Origin: an uncultured Ruminococcus sp.
GTDB lineage: Bacteria; Bacillota; Clostridia; Oscillospirales; Ruminococcaceae
DNA: 64,000 nt
NCBI RefSeq assembly: GCF_934476685.1
Contig: NZ_CAKSNX010000005.1
Location: forward strand, 23,116 to 87,115
Direction: 5' to 3'
A program made the position numbers and the translations under genes. This document shows, piece after piece, positions 8,035 to 17,747 of the stretch. Numbering within the stretch: the stretch's first letter is position 1; each line of letters opens with the position of its first letter. The notes under the pieces were generated by a model that made no database searches, was not told the DNA's origin, and saw nothing but the letters and a program-made list of their open reading frames with translations.

Positions 8035-9786
8035 ATGTACATTGAAAAGATCAACTCCCCAGCCGATGTAAAGGCGCTGAATATGACCGAACTTTCCGCC
8101 CTCGCAAGCGAAATGAGAACTGCGCTCATCAAAAAGCTCAGTATCCACGGCGGTCACTGCGGTCCGAATTTCGGTATGGTCGAAGCTATTATCGCACTCC
8201 ACTATGTTTTCGATTCCCCAACAGATAAGATAGTTTTTGACGTTTCACATCAAAGCTACTGCCATAAAATGCTCACAGGCAGAAAGGACGCTTTCCTCTA
8301 TGAGGATAAGTACGATGACGTTTCAGGCTACTCAAATCCGGAAGAAAGCGAGCATGACCACTTCACTATCGGTCATACCTCAACTTCCGTCAGCCTTGCC
8401 TCAGGTCTTGCCAAGGCGAGAGATCTTAACGGCGGCAAGGAAAATATAATCGCCGTTATCGGCGACGGCTCACTCAGCGGCGGCGAGGCTCTCGAAGGTC
8501 TTGACTTCGCAGGGGAGCAGGATACGAACTTCATCGTCGTTGTGAACGATAACGATATGTCTATCGCCGAAAACCACGGCGGTATGTATAAGAACCTCAG
8601 ACTTCTGAGAGAAACTGACGGTAAGACAGAATGTAACCTCTTCAAAGCAATGGGACTTGACTACATTTTCGTCAAGGACGGCAACGACCTCTCACAGCTT
8701 ATCGAGGCTTTCGGCAAGGTAAAGGATATTGACCACCCTGTCGTTGTCCATATCGTCACCGAAAAAGGCAAGGGTTATTCCTACGCTGAAAAGGATAAGG
8801 AATCATGGCATTGGCATATGCCTTTCGATATAGAAACAGGTGAAACTCCTGCGAACTATTTCGGCGGAGAAGATCTCGGCAGCATCACAGCAGAATATCT
8901 CCTCGACAAAATGAAAAAGGATAAGTCCGTCTGCGCCATAACCTCAGCAACCCCAACAGTTTTCGGCTTTACCCCCGATAAAAGAGCGGCTGCAGGCAAG
9001 CAGTTTGTTGATGTGGGTATCGCAGAGGAACACGCTGTTGCCCTTGCGTCAGGTATCGCAGCCAACGGCGGAAAGCCTTTCTACGGCGTTTACAGCACCT
9101 TTATCCAGAGAACATACGATCAGCTCTCGCAGGATATGTGCGTAAATTCAAGCGCCGTTACCATTGCGGTTTTCGCAGCGTCAGTCTACGGAATGAATGA
9201 CGTTACTCACCTCGGCATCTACGATATCCCTATGATGTCAAATATCCCGAACCTCGTCTATATCGCCCCGACCACAAAGGAAGAATACCTCGCCGTACTC
9301 GACTGGGCAATGGATCAGAACGAACACCCGGTGGCAGTAAGAGTACCTGCTGCCTGCGTTTCAAGCGGCAAGGAAGTTACAAAAGATTTCAGCGTCCTCA
9401 ATAAATACGAGGTAACTCAGCAGGGCAGCGGCACAGCGATAATCGCCCTCGGCTCATTCTACGATATGGGCGTTGAGGCTGCAAAGCTCATAGAGGAAAA
9501 GACAGGCGAAAAGCCCACTATCATCAACCCGTACTTCATCACAGGTATTGATGAAGAGCTGCTCTCATCTCTCAAAAAGGATCACAGCAAGGTCATCACC
9601 ATCGAGGACGGTATCCTTGACGGCGGTTTCGGCGAAAAGATAGCACGTTTCTACGGCTCATCAGATGTAAAAACGCTCTGCTTCGGTCTTAAAAAGGAGT
9701 TCCTTGACCGTTACGATCCTGCCGACGTGCTCAGAGAAAATCACCTTACCCCTGAGCAGATAGCAGAAGACACAGCAGCGCTTTAA
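8035..9786 (+). CDS. dxs: 1-deoxy-D-xylulose-5-phosphate synthase-like TPP enzyme (short DXS/transketolase family)
   Basis: N-terminus INSPADVKAL...GGH.GPNFG.VE...ALHYVFDSP.DK.VFDVSHQSY.HK.LTGR and TPP motif GDGSLSGGEALEGL. At 583 aa it is shorter than canonical Dxs. Confidence 0.7.
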   Translation: MYIEKINSPADVKALNMTELSALASEMRTALIKKLSIHGGHCGPNFGMVEAIIALHYVFDSPTDKIVFDVSHQSYCHKMLTGRKDAFLYEDKYDDVSGYSNPEESEHDHFTIGHTSTSVSLASGLAKARDLNGGKENIIAVIGDGSLSGGEALEGLDFAGEQDTNFIVVVNDNDMSIAENHGGMYKNLRLLRETDGKTECNLFKAMGLDYIFVKDGNDLSQLIEAFGKVKDIDHPVVVHIVTEKGKGYSYAEKDKESWHWHMPFDIETGETPANYFGGEDLGSITAEYLLDKMKKDKSVCAITSATPTVFGFTPDKRAAAGKQFVDVGIAEEHAVALASGIAANGGKPFYGVYSTFIQRTYDQLSQDMCVNSSAVTIAVFAASVYGMNDVTHLGIYDIPMMSNIPNLVYIAPTTKEEYLAVLDWAMDQNEHPVAVRVPAACVSSGKEVTKDFSVLNKYEVTQQGSGTAIIALGSFYDMGVEAAKLIEEKTGEKPTIINPYFITGIDEELLSSLKKDHSKVITIEDGILDGGFGEKIARFYGSSDVKTLCFGLKKEFLDRYDPADVLRENHLTPEQIAEDTAAL

Positions 9787-9827
9787 TAATAGTATTAATA
9801 GTATTTTATTTAACGGAGAAATGCAAA

Positions 9828-10211
9828 ATGGGCGAGCCAAACACAGGCTTTGCACAGTATTTCACAGGAAAGAGCTTCCTTAACCCTCTTACCGACCCTA
9901 AAAAGACCGTTTTCATCGCAAACGTTACCTTTGAGCCGTCATGCCGCAACAACTGGCATATCCACCACGCAAAGAGCGGCGGCGGGCAGCTCCTTATCTG
10001 CGTTGACGGCAGCGGCTGGTATCAGGAAGAGGGCAAGCCTGCACAGAGCCTTTCTGTCGGCGATGTAGTAACTATCCCCGCAGGCGTAAAGCACTGGCAC
10101 GGCGCAAAGTACGACAGCTGGTTCAGCCACCTTGCAGTAGAATGCCCTGGTGAGGAAACCTCCAACGAGTGGCTCGAACCTGTTTCCGATGAGGAATACA
10201 GCAAGCTGTAA
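9828..10211 (+). CDS. Cupin domain protein
   Basis: Cupin motifs NNWHIHH...GQLLICVDGSG and VVTIPAGVKHWHGA. Confidence 0.65.
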   Translation: MGEPNTGFAQYFTGKSFLNPLTDPKKTVFIANVTFEPSCRNNWHIHHAKSGGGQLLICVDGSGWYQEEGKPAQSLSVGDVVTIPAGVKHWHGAKYDSWFSHLAVECPGEETSNEWLEPVSDEEYSKL

Positions 10212-10253
10212 GATCTCACACGCATACATTTCTAATACCTCATTTTTATAAAA

Positions 10254-10296
10254 ACGCTCCCGATATCGTACCAACACGTCGGGAGCGTCCTTTTTT
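10254..10296 (+). terminator. Rho-independent terminator
   Basis: Stem acgctcccga/tcgggagcgt followed by cc + T6. Confidence 0.7.
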
Positions 10297-10362
10297 ACAC
10301 AAAAATTCCCGACACTCATTTAAAGCGTCGGGAGTTTATATGCTATAAATTTTTATCAGTTA

Positions 10363-11649
10363 TTAAAGATAAGCGCCGAATTCAACGTTCTCCTGATTGA
10401 TGCTCTCGATCTCATCATTTATACCGCTGACGATCTCTCCCGCCTTGTTCTTCTCGTCGATAAGTACAAGAAGCTGCGCCTGCATATCCTCGATCTGCTT
10501 CTTCATAGTTTCTACCTTTGTGTTGCAGTCGAATGCATTGTTCTCAGCGTCAACCTTCTTTGACTTAAGTTCTTCGATCTTCTGATTGTTGATTGCGATC
10601 TGCTCCTGAGCAAACTGCTTCATTTTTTCCATAGGGCTCATTCCCGAATCCTCCTTTGAATCGTCGGCGTCCGCCGCTAATTTATCGAATCCTATATCCG
10701 GAATATCATCCGTAACAGGATCTGGTGTTTTTCCAAGCTCCTTGTCCAGTGCGTCAAGGCTTATCGGGTCGATAGAAGGCATCTCAGGGATCTCCTCATC
10801 AGCGGCAGCCGCAGCCTTTGGTGCAGCAGGCTGTGCAGGTATCTCTGCGTCATCAGGAACAAGCTTAACTTCATGAGCAGGCTCTTCCTTTGCCGACTCG
10901 CCCACGAGATCAACGTGTGCCGCAGGCTCTTCCTTGTCGAAAAGTGAAACAGGCTTGCTGTCCTCCGCAAGTCCATAGCTTGCCGAAACAGGCTTAGGAT
11001 CGTCCCTCTTAGTATATGTCGGAGCGGCATATGCAGGCTTTACTGCTGCCGTATTATTTTCAAGTCCCGTAGCGAACTCGTTCGTCCTGCCGAATCCGTG
11101 CTTCTCAGGCTTTTCCGGCTCAGCCTTAGCCTCAGGCTCTTCCTGCTGCTTAGCGGCAAGCTCCTGACGGCGGAAATGTTCGTCCATTACCTCTGAAACC
11201 GCCTTTATCTCAGCCTTTTCACGGTTAAAGAACTCAGCCACGTCCGCAATAGATCTGCCCTTCTTGAGCATCTGTGCGATACCTGCAACAGATCTGTCCT
11301 CGAAACCGTTTTCATCCATATCAAGATTTATGCTCACCTTAGATGTATCAACGTGTTCCTCAGCCTTATCCTTCTTGCCCTTCTTGAAAAGGTCGCTGAC
11401 GTTCATATTGAGAACGCTCTTCTTCGATGCCTTTTCCTTCTCCTCATTATCAGCAGGCTGCTGTATATCAGGCTGCACATAGCTCTGATACTCAGGGAAA
11501 TATCTTTCGAGTATGCCTGCGATGTTTCCCTTCGGGATCTCCATTGTTCTCGCTATGGAGTCGATAGAGTATCCTTCCTTATATAAACGAACGATCTTTT
11601 CATTTGTGCTTTCGTCTTTTTTTCTTGCCAATGAAATCAGTCCTTCCAA
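10363..11649 (-). CDS. Hypothetical acidic protein with HTH-like N-terminal segments and a C-terminal coiled coil
   Basis: Long ORF. Two HTH-like stretches (EGYSIDSIARTMEIPKGNIAGIL and KGRSIADVAEFFNREKAEI), a long P/A/E/K-rich low-complexity middle, and a heptad-like C-terminus. No family recognised. Confidence 0.5.
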   Translation of the reverse strand: MEGLISLARKKDESTNEKIVRLYKEGYSIDSIARTMEIPKGNIAGILERYFPEYQSYVQPDIQQPADNEEKEKASKKSVLNMNVSDLFKKGKKDKAEEHVDTSKVSINLDMDENGFEDRSVAGIAQMLKKGRSIADVAEFFNREKAEIKAVSEVMDEHFRRQELAAKQQEEPEAKAEPEKPEKHGFGRTNEFATGLENNTAAVKPAYAAPTYTKRDDPKPVSASYGLAEDSKPVSLFDKEEPAAHVDLVGESAKEEPAHEVKLVPDDAEIPAQPAAPKAAAAADEEIPEMPSIDPISLDALDKELGKTPDPVTDDIPDIGFDKLAADADDSKEDSGMSPMEKMKQFAQEQIAINNQKIEELKSKKVDAENNAFDCNTKVETMKKQIEDMQAQLLVLIDEKNKAGEIVSGINDEIESINQENVEFGAYL

Positions 11650-11938
11650 CCAGAAATTGAAACTACGATATGTGCCTTTTATATATGCTAATATGCTCCA
11701 AGAAATTTATGTAAAACGATTTCGCTTACCCAAAGCGCACTTATGCCATAAACTGTAATAAAGAGCATATAAACAGCGTCACATTCGTAACTAAATATAT
11801 TATACAATATTTAATTTTAATTGTCAATATTAATAGTAGGATTCTCCAAAAAATATTATAAAAAAACTATTAATCGGTGTACGATTTATGACAAAATACT
11901 TATTTTTCACCAATAAATCAAATTTTCTAAAATTATTG

Positions 11939-12586
11939 TCATTTATCGGCAATTCTGACAAAGCGGCAGAAATCCCGTATTTTGTTGGGATCTTTGCCCG
12001 AACCTCCGTCAAATTCCACACCTGAGGACACATCTACGCCGTCAGGATGTACAATTTTCACAGCCTCTATAACGTTTTCAGGAGAAAGTCCCCCTGCCAG
12101 CAGGAACATTCTGCCCTTTGTATCTATATTTTCCAGCAGCGACCAGTCGAAAGTCTTTCCGCTGCCGTGATCCGCAGCGTCGAACACATATCCCGCTATC
12201 TTTTCACAGCCGTTCCATCGCCCTATCTCCCCCAGATCACTTACGTTGAAAGCCTTTAGTATCGGCAGCGGCGAATTTTCCATTACCTCCTCCGTCAGCT
12301 CACCGTGTATCTGAACGTAGTCGAAACCGATATCGGCTATCTTCCTCACCTGTTCAGCCGTCGGGGAAACCACCACAGCCGTCTTTTTAATGTCCGAGCC
12401 GTCCCCAAGCACCTTCACAAGCTCCTTCGCCGTTTCCTCATCAATGCATCGGCGGCTCTTCGGGAAAAACATCACCATTCCCGCAAAGTCAACACCGTTT
12501 TCTATAAGGTATCCGACCTCTTCCCTGTTTCTTATGCCGCATATTTTTATCAGCGTGCGCCCTCTATTTTCTGTCACGAACCTCAT
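11939..12586 (-). CDS. trpF: Phosphoribosylanthranilate isomerase
   Basis: IKICGI...D..GMVMF.PKS.R, QIHG and AGGL.PENV motifs. No other trp genes occur in the window. Confidence 0.8.
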   Translation of the reverse strand: MRFVTENRGRTLIKICGIRNREEVGYLIENGVDFAGMVMFFPKSRRCIDEETAKELVKVLGDGSDIKKTAVVVSPTAEQVRKIADIGFDYVQIHGELTEEVMENSPLPILKAFNVSDLGEIGRWNGCEKIAGYVFDAADHGSGKTFDWSLLENIDTKGRMFLLAGGLSPENVIEAVKIVHPDGVDVSSGVEFDGGSGKDPNKIRDFCRFVRIADK

Positions 12587-13023
12587 TCCCTTCCGTTTTC
12601 ATATTTCTCACAAAAATTATATCACTTCTCAGGCAAAATTTCAATATTTTTTTCTGTTGATCGCTATCTGAACGTCAATTTTCGACATTTGTGAACTTTA
12701 TATTAACCACATCAGCTTTATCTTCCCCAATATCATATTACTAAAACGTTTGATTGTTAATAACCATTGAGAAAATTAACATTTCATCATATTTAGTCCA
12801 CACTTTCGCAAACCTGCCTATTTTCCGCCTTTTCTATTTGTAAGATAAGTACAATAAACGTTTTCGTTAACCTGTTTATATGTGTAAACTTTAGAAAATT
12901 TAACTTAACTATTGATTTTTGCTAAAAGATATAATATAATGATAAATGTAAACGAAAGAACAAAACTCGGTGTCTATCCAATACCTAGGTCGACATTTTT
13001 CGCTGCTTGGGGGGCGACTTAAT

Positions 13024-14676
13024 ATGACTGAAAAAATCATCAATATCAAAACGGTCTGTGAACAGCTTATGGGGCTTGAAAGCTGCGATAAAAGGACTGT
13101 CAGCGAGGTTTTCTCGCCTGCCGCAGAACAGTACGGCATCGTCTGCGCTGCTGCTTTTCTTAACGACAAAAGGACGAATAAAGATCAGACGTTCTTTTTC
13201 TATTCCGATACTATCCCCGACGGCTTGCAGTCCGTCGAGTATTCACTTGATATAGACAATGAAAAAAATATGTGTGCAAAACTGTATCTTGACGAAAACG
13301 TTATATTAAATGAAAACGATGTCAGCGATATCAAATTTCTCTGCTGCACCTGCTGTTCGACTGCCATACGCTTTTATCTCGCCGATATGGTCGATCACTA
13401 TCACCATTACGACAAAGCAACAGGTCTGTATAATCTCAACGCACTTGAAAAGTTCTGCCATAGGATATCTGCCGCTGGAAAAGCTGACCAGTACACCGCA
13501 TTTTTTTTCAATATCATCAGCTTCAACTATGTGAACCGCAAAGCAGGCTATAAGTACGGCACAGAAATGCTCCGCCAGTACGGCTCAAAGCTTGTCGAAT
13601 TTGCAGGCAGCGACGGCATTATCGTAAGAATAGGCGGCGATAACTTCGGCGCATTTATCCCGAACGTAAAGGTGGACGAGTTCCTTAAAAGGCTCGACCG
13701 CACCGATATCACCGTCAACACCGAGGCAGGAAAGCTCACTTTCTCCCTCAGTGCCAGAGCAGGTATCTATCATATAGACGAGCCGAACAAGGATTTCGGT
13801 ATGATAATGAACTATATCTCTGCCACAGCCAACTACGCAAAGAACTTTTCACGCACTCCCCTTGTCACATACACCCCTCAGATCGAAGAAGAATTCATTG
13901 CGAGAAAGGAATATACCCAGCGTTTCGCAAGGTCACTTGAAAACGGCGACTTCTATGTGCTTTATCAGCCGAAAGTCTTTACGGACGGCAACAGTATCTA
14001 CGGCGGCGAGGCACTTGTAAGGTGGGTATATGACGGACAGACTATCTCCCCTGCGGAATTTGTTCCCGTGCTTGAAAAGGAACATCTTATCTGTGCGCTG
14101 GATTATTTCGTACTTGAAAAGACCTGTCAGACTATCCGTGAGTGGATAGATCAGGGAATCACTCCTGCAAAAATTTCCGTAAACTTCTCCAACGAGCATC
14201 TCTATGAAGATGACCTTGTGGAAAGGATAACCGAAATAACCGACAGATACGGCATAGATCATAAATATCTGGAAATGGAACTGACCGAAACAGTCGATCC
14301 CGAAAGTTCCTCACGTCTGAAAAAATACGTTGACGGACTCCACGCAAACGGCTTTACCGTAGCGCTGGACGATTTCGGCACAGGCTATTCCTCACTCCAG
14401 CTGCTCAACTTTGTGAACGTTGACGTGCTGAAAATAGATAAGTCCTTTGTAAACGAGCTTAGCGACGATACAAAGAACCGAGAGAACATCATTCTGCGCA
14501 ACATCATCAATATGGCAGTAGAACTTGGCATAGAGATAGTAGCCGAGGGCGTCGAGAACAACGAGCAGAAAGTAAACCTTGAAAATCTGCGGTGCAACCG
14601 CATACAGGGATATATATACGACAAACCCCTTGCAGCCAACGAATTTGCAAAAAGGCTGAAAGCGAAAATATACTGA
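13024..14676 (+). CDS. Degenerate-GGDEF / EAL domain protein (c-di-GMP phosphodiesterase type)
   Basis: RIGGDNFGAF is a degenerate GGDEF. EAL motifs are EALVRW, ELTET, DDFGTGYSSL, KIDKSF and EGVE. The ATG at 13024 follows a G-rich RBS. Confidence 0.8.
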   Translation: MTEKIINIKTVCEQLMGLESCDKRTVSEVFSPAAEQYGIVCAAAFLNDKRTNKDQTFFFYSDTIPDGLQSVEYSLDIDNEKNMCAKLYLDENVILNENDVSDIKFLCCTCCSTAIRFYLADMVDHYHHYDKATGLYNLNALEKFCHRISAAGKADQYTAFFFNIISFNYVNRKAGYKYGTEMLRQYGSKLVEFAGSDGIIVRIGGDNFGAFIPNVKVDEFLKRLDRTDITVNTEAGKLTFSLSARAGIYHIDEPNKDFGMIMNYISATANYAKNFSRTPLVTYTPQIEEEFIARKEYTQRFARSLENGDFYVLYQPKVFTDGNSIYGGEALVRWVYDGQTISPAEFVPVLEKEHLICALDYFVLEKTCQTIREWIDQGITPAKISVNFSNEHLYEDDLVERITEITDRYGIDHKYLEMELTETVDPESSSRLKKYVDGLHANGFTVALDDFGTGYSSLQLLNFVNVDVLKIDKSFVNELSDDTKNRENIILRNIINMAVELGIEIVAEGVENNEQKVNLENLRCNRIQGYIYDKPLAANEFAKRLKAKIY

Positions 14677-14684
14677 AAATAACA

Positions 14685-14724
14685 ATGCGGTGCAGAATTT
14701 CCCTCTGCACCGCATATTTTGTTT
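14685..14724 (+). terminator. Rho-independent terminator
   Basis: Stem atgcggtgcag/ctgcaccgcat followed by attttgttt. Confidence 0.7.
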
Positions 14725-14748
14725 GTGATTATGTGAAATTTCAGTCAA

Positions 14749-14797
14749 CTGACATAATGCGAGTTTGCAATTAGCTGACATTATGCGAATTTGCAAT
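14749..14797. repeat. Two copies of a 23-bp direct repeat, ctgacataatgcga(g/a)tttgcaat, with 26-bp period
   Basis: Units lie at 14749-14771 and 14775-14797 and differ at one base. They are flanked by tcaact on both sides and sit directly next to repeat copy A. Confidence 0.6.
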
Positions 14798-14800
14798 CAA

Positions 14801-14996
14801 CTGGCGACCACAGGTCGCCCCTACGCAAACGTTGAGAAAAAAAACACATAAGACCTCATCAAAGTCGGTTTCAGTAAAAGCCATATCTCTGTTTCTTCCG
14901 AGCGCAAAGTAACAGCCCCGACCGCCGACAGCGAGCTTGCCGAGCGTCCCGAATTACCCCGACCGGTGAGGTCGCCCGTCCGGCGAGGACCGAGGG
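14801..14996 (-). repeat. Modular intergenic repeat, copy A (REP-like hairpin + M1 body)
   Basis: ggcgaccacaggtcgcccctac (14803-14824) followed by the M1 body (..catcaaagtcggtttcagtaaaagccatatctc.gtttcttccgagcgcaaagtaa..cagcgagcttg.cgagcgtcccgaattacccc..). It aligns by eye with copies B-F and ends one base before the TAG stop of the GH13 gene. Confidence 0.85.
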
Positions 14997-16301
14997 CTAA
15001 AGTTTCCAGACTTCTACTGAGTATGGTTTGAGTTCGCTGCCGCCGCCAAAATCGTGCATCGTGCCTGTCAGCAGCTCCTCCGCCCTGCCGCATCTTGCGT
15101 CAAAATGCGCAGTGTATGGCTGATCGTCCGCATTTATCGCTACCATTATCCTCTCTCCGTCACAGCAGCGCTCAATTATGCACTGCTTGTTCGTGAGAAC
15201 AGGCACCGACAAACTTCCGTAGCAAAGTGCCTTGCTGTTCTTGTGTATCTCCGCAAGCTTGGATATAAGCTCAGTCAGCTCGTTCCACTCAGGCTTCTCA
15301 AAAGATACCCTCAGCGCAGGATCTCCCTCACTCTTGCTCGCCTTTGTTCCCCACTCCGAACCGTAGTATACGCAAGGCATACCCGGCATCGCAAAAAGCA
15401 GACCGTATATCAGCGGCAAATGCTTTTCATTTGTCAGCTGGCTCGCAATTCTCGAAACATCATGGTTATCCACAAAGCAAAGCAGGTGCTTTCCCCTGTA
15501 CCTGCACCAGTCCTCAGGTCCAAACTGATTTTTCAGCGAGTGACATATCTCGAACATATTCATCGAGTTAAAGCTGGAATAAAGTCCCTTGTAACATTCG
15601 TAGTTCGTGCATGAGTGCAGCATTTCATCATTTACCCAGCGACCGTAATCACCGTGAAGAAGTTCGCCGATAAGCACAAAATCTTCCTTTACCCAGTTTG
15701 CGTGCTGCCTTAAACGCTTTAGGAAATCAAAACTCAGACAGTATGCAACGTCAAGACGCAGACCGTCAATGTCAAACTCTCTCACCCACTTCGTCACATT
15801 TTCAAGTATGTGATCCACTACCGCAGGATTGTTCAGATTGAGCTTTACAAGATCATAGTGACCTTCCCAGCCCTCGTACCATAAACCGTCATTGTAGTCG
15901 CTGTTTCCGCCGAAATTGATGTTGAACCAGTCCTTGTAAGGCGAGTTCTCCCTGTTTTTCAGTACGTCCTGAAATGCCCAGAAACCTCTGCCCACATGGT
16001 TGAATACACCGTCAATGACCACCTTTATGCCCGCCTCGTGCAAAGCCTTTACGACCTCTGCAAAATCCTCGTTCGTGCCAAGACGGCAGTCTATCTTGCC
16101 GTAATCCCTCGTGTTGTATCCGTGCGTGTCCGATTCAAATACAGGCGAGAAGTATATCGCATTCGCACCCAACTTCTGAATGTGCGGTATCCACTCCTTG
16201 ACCTTCAGTATCCTGCTCTCCTGAACACCGTCATTCTCAAAAGGCGCACCGCAGAAACCTAATGGATATATCTGATAAAAAACGCTTTCGTAAGCCCACA
16301 T
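14997..16301 (-). CDS. GH13 alpha-amylase-family glycosidase (neopullulanase / alpha-glucosidase-like)
   Basis: GH13 conserved regions DGVFNHVG, GLRLDVAY, GELLH and FVDNHD. Confidence 0.85.
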   Translation of the reverse strand: MWAYESVFYQIYPLGFCGAPFENDGVQESRILKVKEWIPHIQKLGANAIYFSPVFESDTHGYNTRDYGKIDCRLGTNEDFAEVVKALHEAGIKVVIDGVFNHVGRGFWAFQDVLKNRENSPYKDWFNINFGGNSDYNDGLWYEGWEGHYDLVKLNLNNPAVVDHILENVTKWVREFDIDGLRLDVAYCLSFDFLKRLRQHANWVKEDFVLIGELLHGDYGRWVNDEMLHSCTNYECYKGLYSSFNSMNMFEICHSLKNQFGPEDWCRYRGKHLLCFVDNHDVSRIASQLTNEKHLPLIYGLLFAMPGMPCVYYGSEWGTKASKSEGDPALRVSFEKPEWNELTELISKLAEIHKNSKALCYGSLSVPVLTNKQCIIERCCDGERIMVAINADDQPYTAHFDARCGRAEELLTGTMHDFGGGSELKPYSVEVWKL

Positions 16302-16535
16302 GATAATTTATTCATCCTTTCCAAAACAAAAAACTGCGAAGTGACATTGGTATGTTCCGCAATACCGCAAAACAGCGGTGTTTCCGCCGCCGTTTTGCAA
16401 TATTCCTTATAAAACTTTCAATACCGTCTTCTGTCCACTTCAATACTGCCTTATTATTATATCAAATTTTCTTCTTATACTCAATTCTCATTTTAAATCA
16501 ATATTTCGCAAACTTTTGTGCATCTTGCACAACTA

Positions 16536-16564
16536 TTGACAAAAGCAAACTGTTGTGATATTAT
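16536..16564 (+). promoter_or_regulatory. Sigma-70-type promoter for the asparaginase-family gene
   Basis: TTGACA (16536-16541), a 17-nt spacer, then TGaTATTAT (16556-16564). Confidence 0.45.
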
Positions 16565-16657
16565 ATTTATAACAAATAAAATATGTTCGTAAAGGTATAT
16601 CATTCCACCATTGCGGCAATATTTATAATGTATCCAACTATGCAGGGAGGCGTATCT

Positions 16658-17725
16658 ATGGAAAAAAACATAAAAAATATAGAAAACCTAGAAAAACCAA
16701 CTAACAGCAGCACACCTTCAAAAAAAATACTCGTGCTTTTCACAGGCGGCACTATCGGCAGTACCCTCAGCAGTGACGGCATAATCAGCGTCGCAGGGGA
16801 CGGACGTTTCGAGCTTATCGCCGCCTACCGCAAAGCCTTCGGCAGCGATGTCAGCTTTGAGTGCAGACAGATACTTAATATCCTCAGCGAAAATATGCTC
16901 CCTGCCTGTTGGGAAAGAATTATCGAGATATTGTCAAACGTCGATACCTCCAACTATGCAGGCATTATCCTCACCCACGGCAGCGACACCCTCGCCTATA
17001 CCTCCGCCCTGCTGGGAATGTATTTCCGCCATATAGATATCCCTCTGTATATCATAGCCGCCAATAAACCCATCGGTTCAGCAGGCAGCAACGGACTTTA
17101 CAACTTCTCCTGCGCCGTAAAAAATATCCTTGAAAATAAGTACGCAGGCGTTTTCACCCTCTATGAAAAGGTCTATATCTCCACAAGACTTCTCCCCGCT
17201 GATACCTGCCTCGACAGGTTCACAGCCTACGGCGAAGACCCCCACGCAGACTTCACCGTCCATAAAGGCATAAACGAAAAATGGCTCAAACAGCCCAAAG
17301 AAAAACTCTTCCGCAACCCCCTGAAATTCGAGAAAAATATAATGAAAATAGACGGCTACCCGTCTATGGATTTTTCAAATTACAGCCTCGACGGAAAGCC
17401 TGCCGCAGTGCTTTTTTCCCCATACCACAGCGGCACAGCCTGCACCGAAACGAAATTCGGCGATAACTATTCGTTCTGCCGCTTTATCGAAAAATGCCTT
17501 GTCAACGATATAAGAGTCTATATCTGCGGCATAAAAAAAGACCGGCCTATGTACGATACCCTCAGCAAAATTATCAAAACAGGCTGTATACCAATGTATT
17601 CCATAAGCGACGTGGCAGCCTATATGAAACTTCTCATCGCATATAATCAAAAAGAATATTACCCCTCGGAGGTTTTGAAGAAAAATCTCTACTTTGAAAT
17701 AGTGGGCGAAAAAATATCACAATAA
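16658..17725 (+). CDS. Asparaginase-family protein
   Basis: VLFTGGTIGS (the threonine motif of L-asparaginases) and HGSDTLAYTS. The ATG at 16658 follows GGGAGG. Confidence 0.7.
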   Translation: MEKNIKNIENLEKPTNSSTPSKKILVLFTGGTIGSTLSSDGIISVAGDGRFELIAAYRKAFGSDVSFECRQILNILSENMLPACWERIIEILSNVDTSNYAGIILTHGSDTLAYTSALLGMYFRHIDIPLYIIAANKPIGSAGSNGLYNFSCAVKNILENKYAGVFTLYEKVYISTRLLPADTCLDRFTAYGEDPHADFTVHKGINEKWLKQPKEKLFRNPLKFEKNIMKIDGYPSMDFSNYSLDGKPAAVLFSPYHSGTACTETKFGDNYSFCRFIEKCLVNDIRVYICGIKKDRPMYDTLSKIIKTGCIPMYSISDVAAYMKLLIAYNQKEYYPSEVLKKNLYFEIVGEKISQ

Positions 17726-17747
17726 TACAAAAAAAGGAGCAATCACA

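Noticed and set aside
12587-13023. A c-di-GMP riboswitch or other leader upstream of the GGDEF-EAL gene
   Set aside because: The region is AT-rich with no GEMM-like conserved elements. Only two isolated AAACGTTT palindromes were noted.
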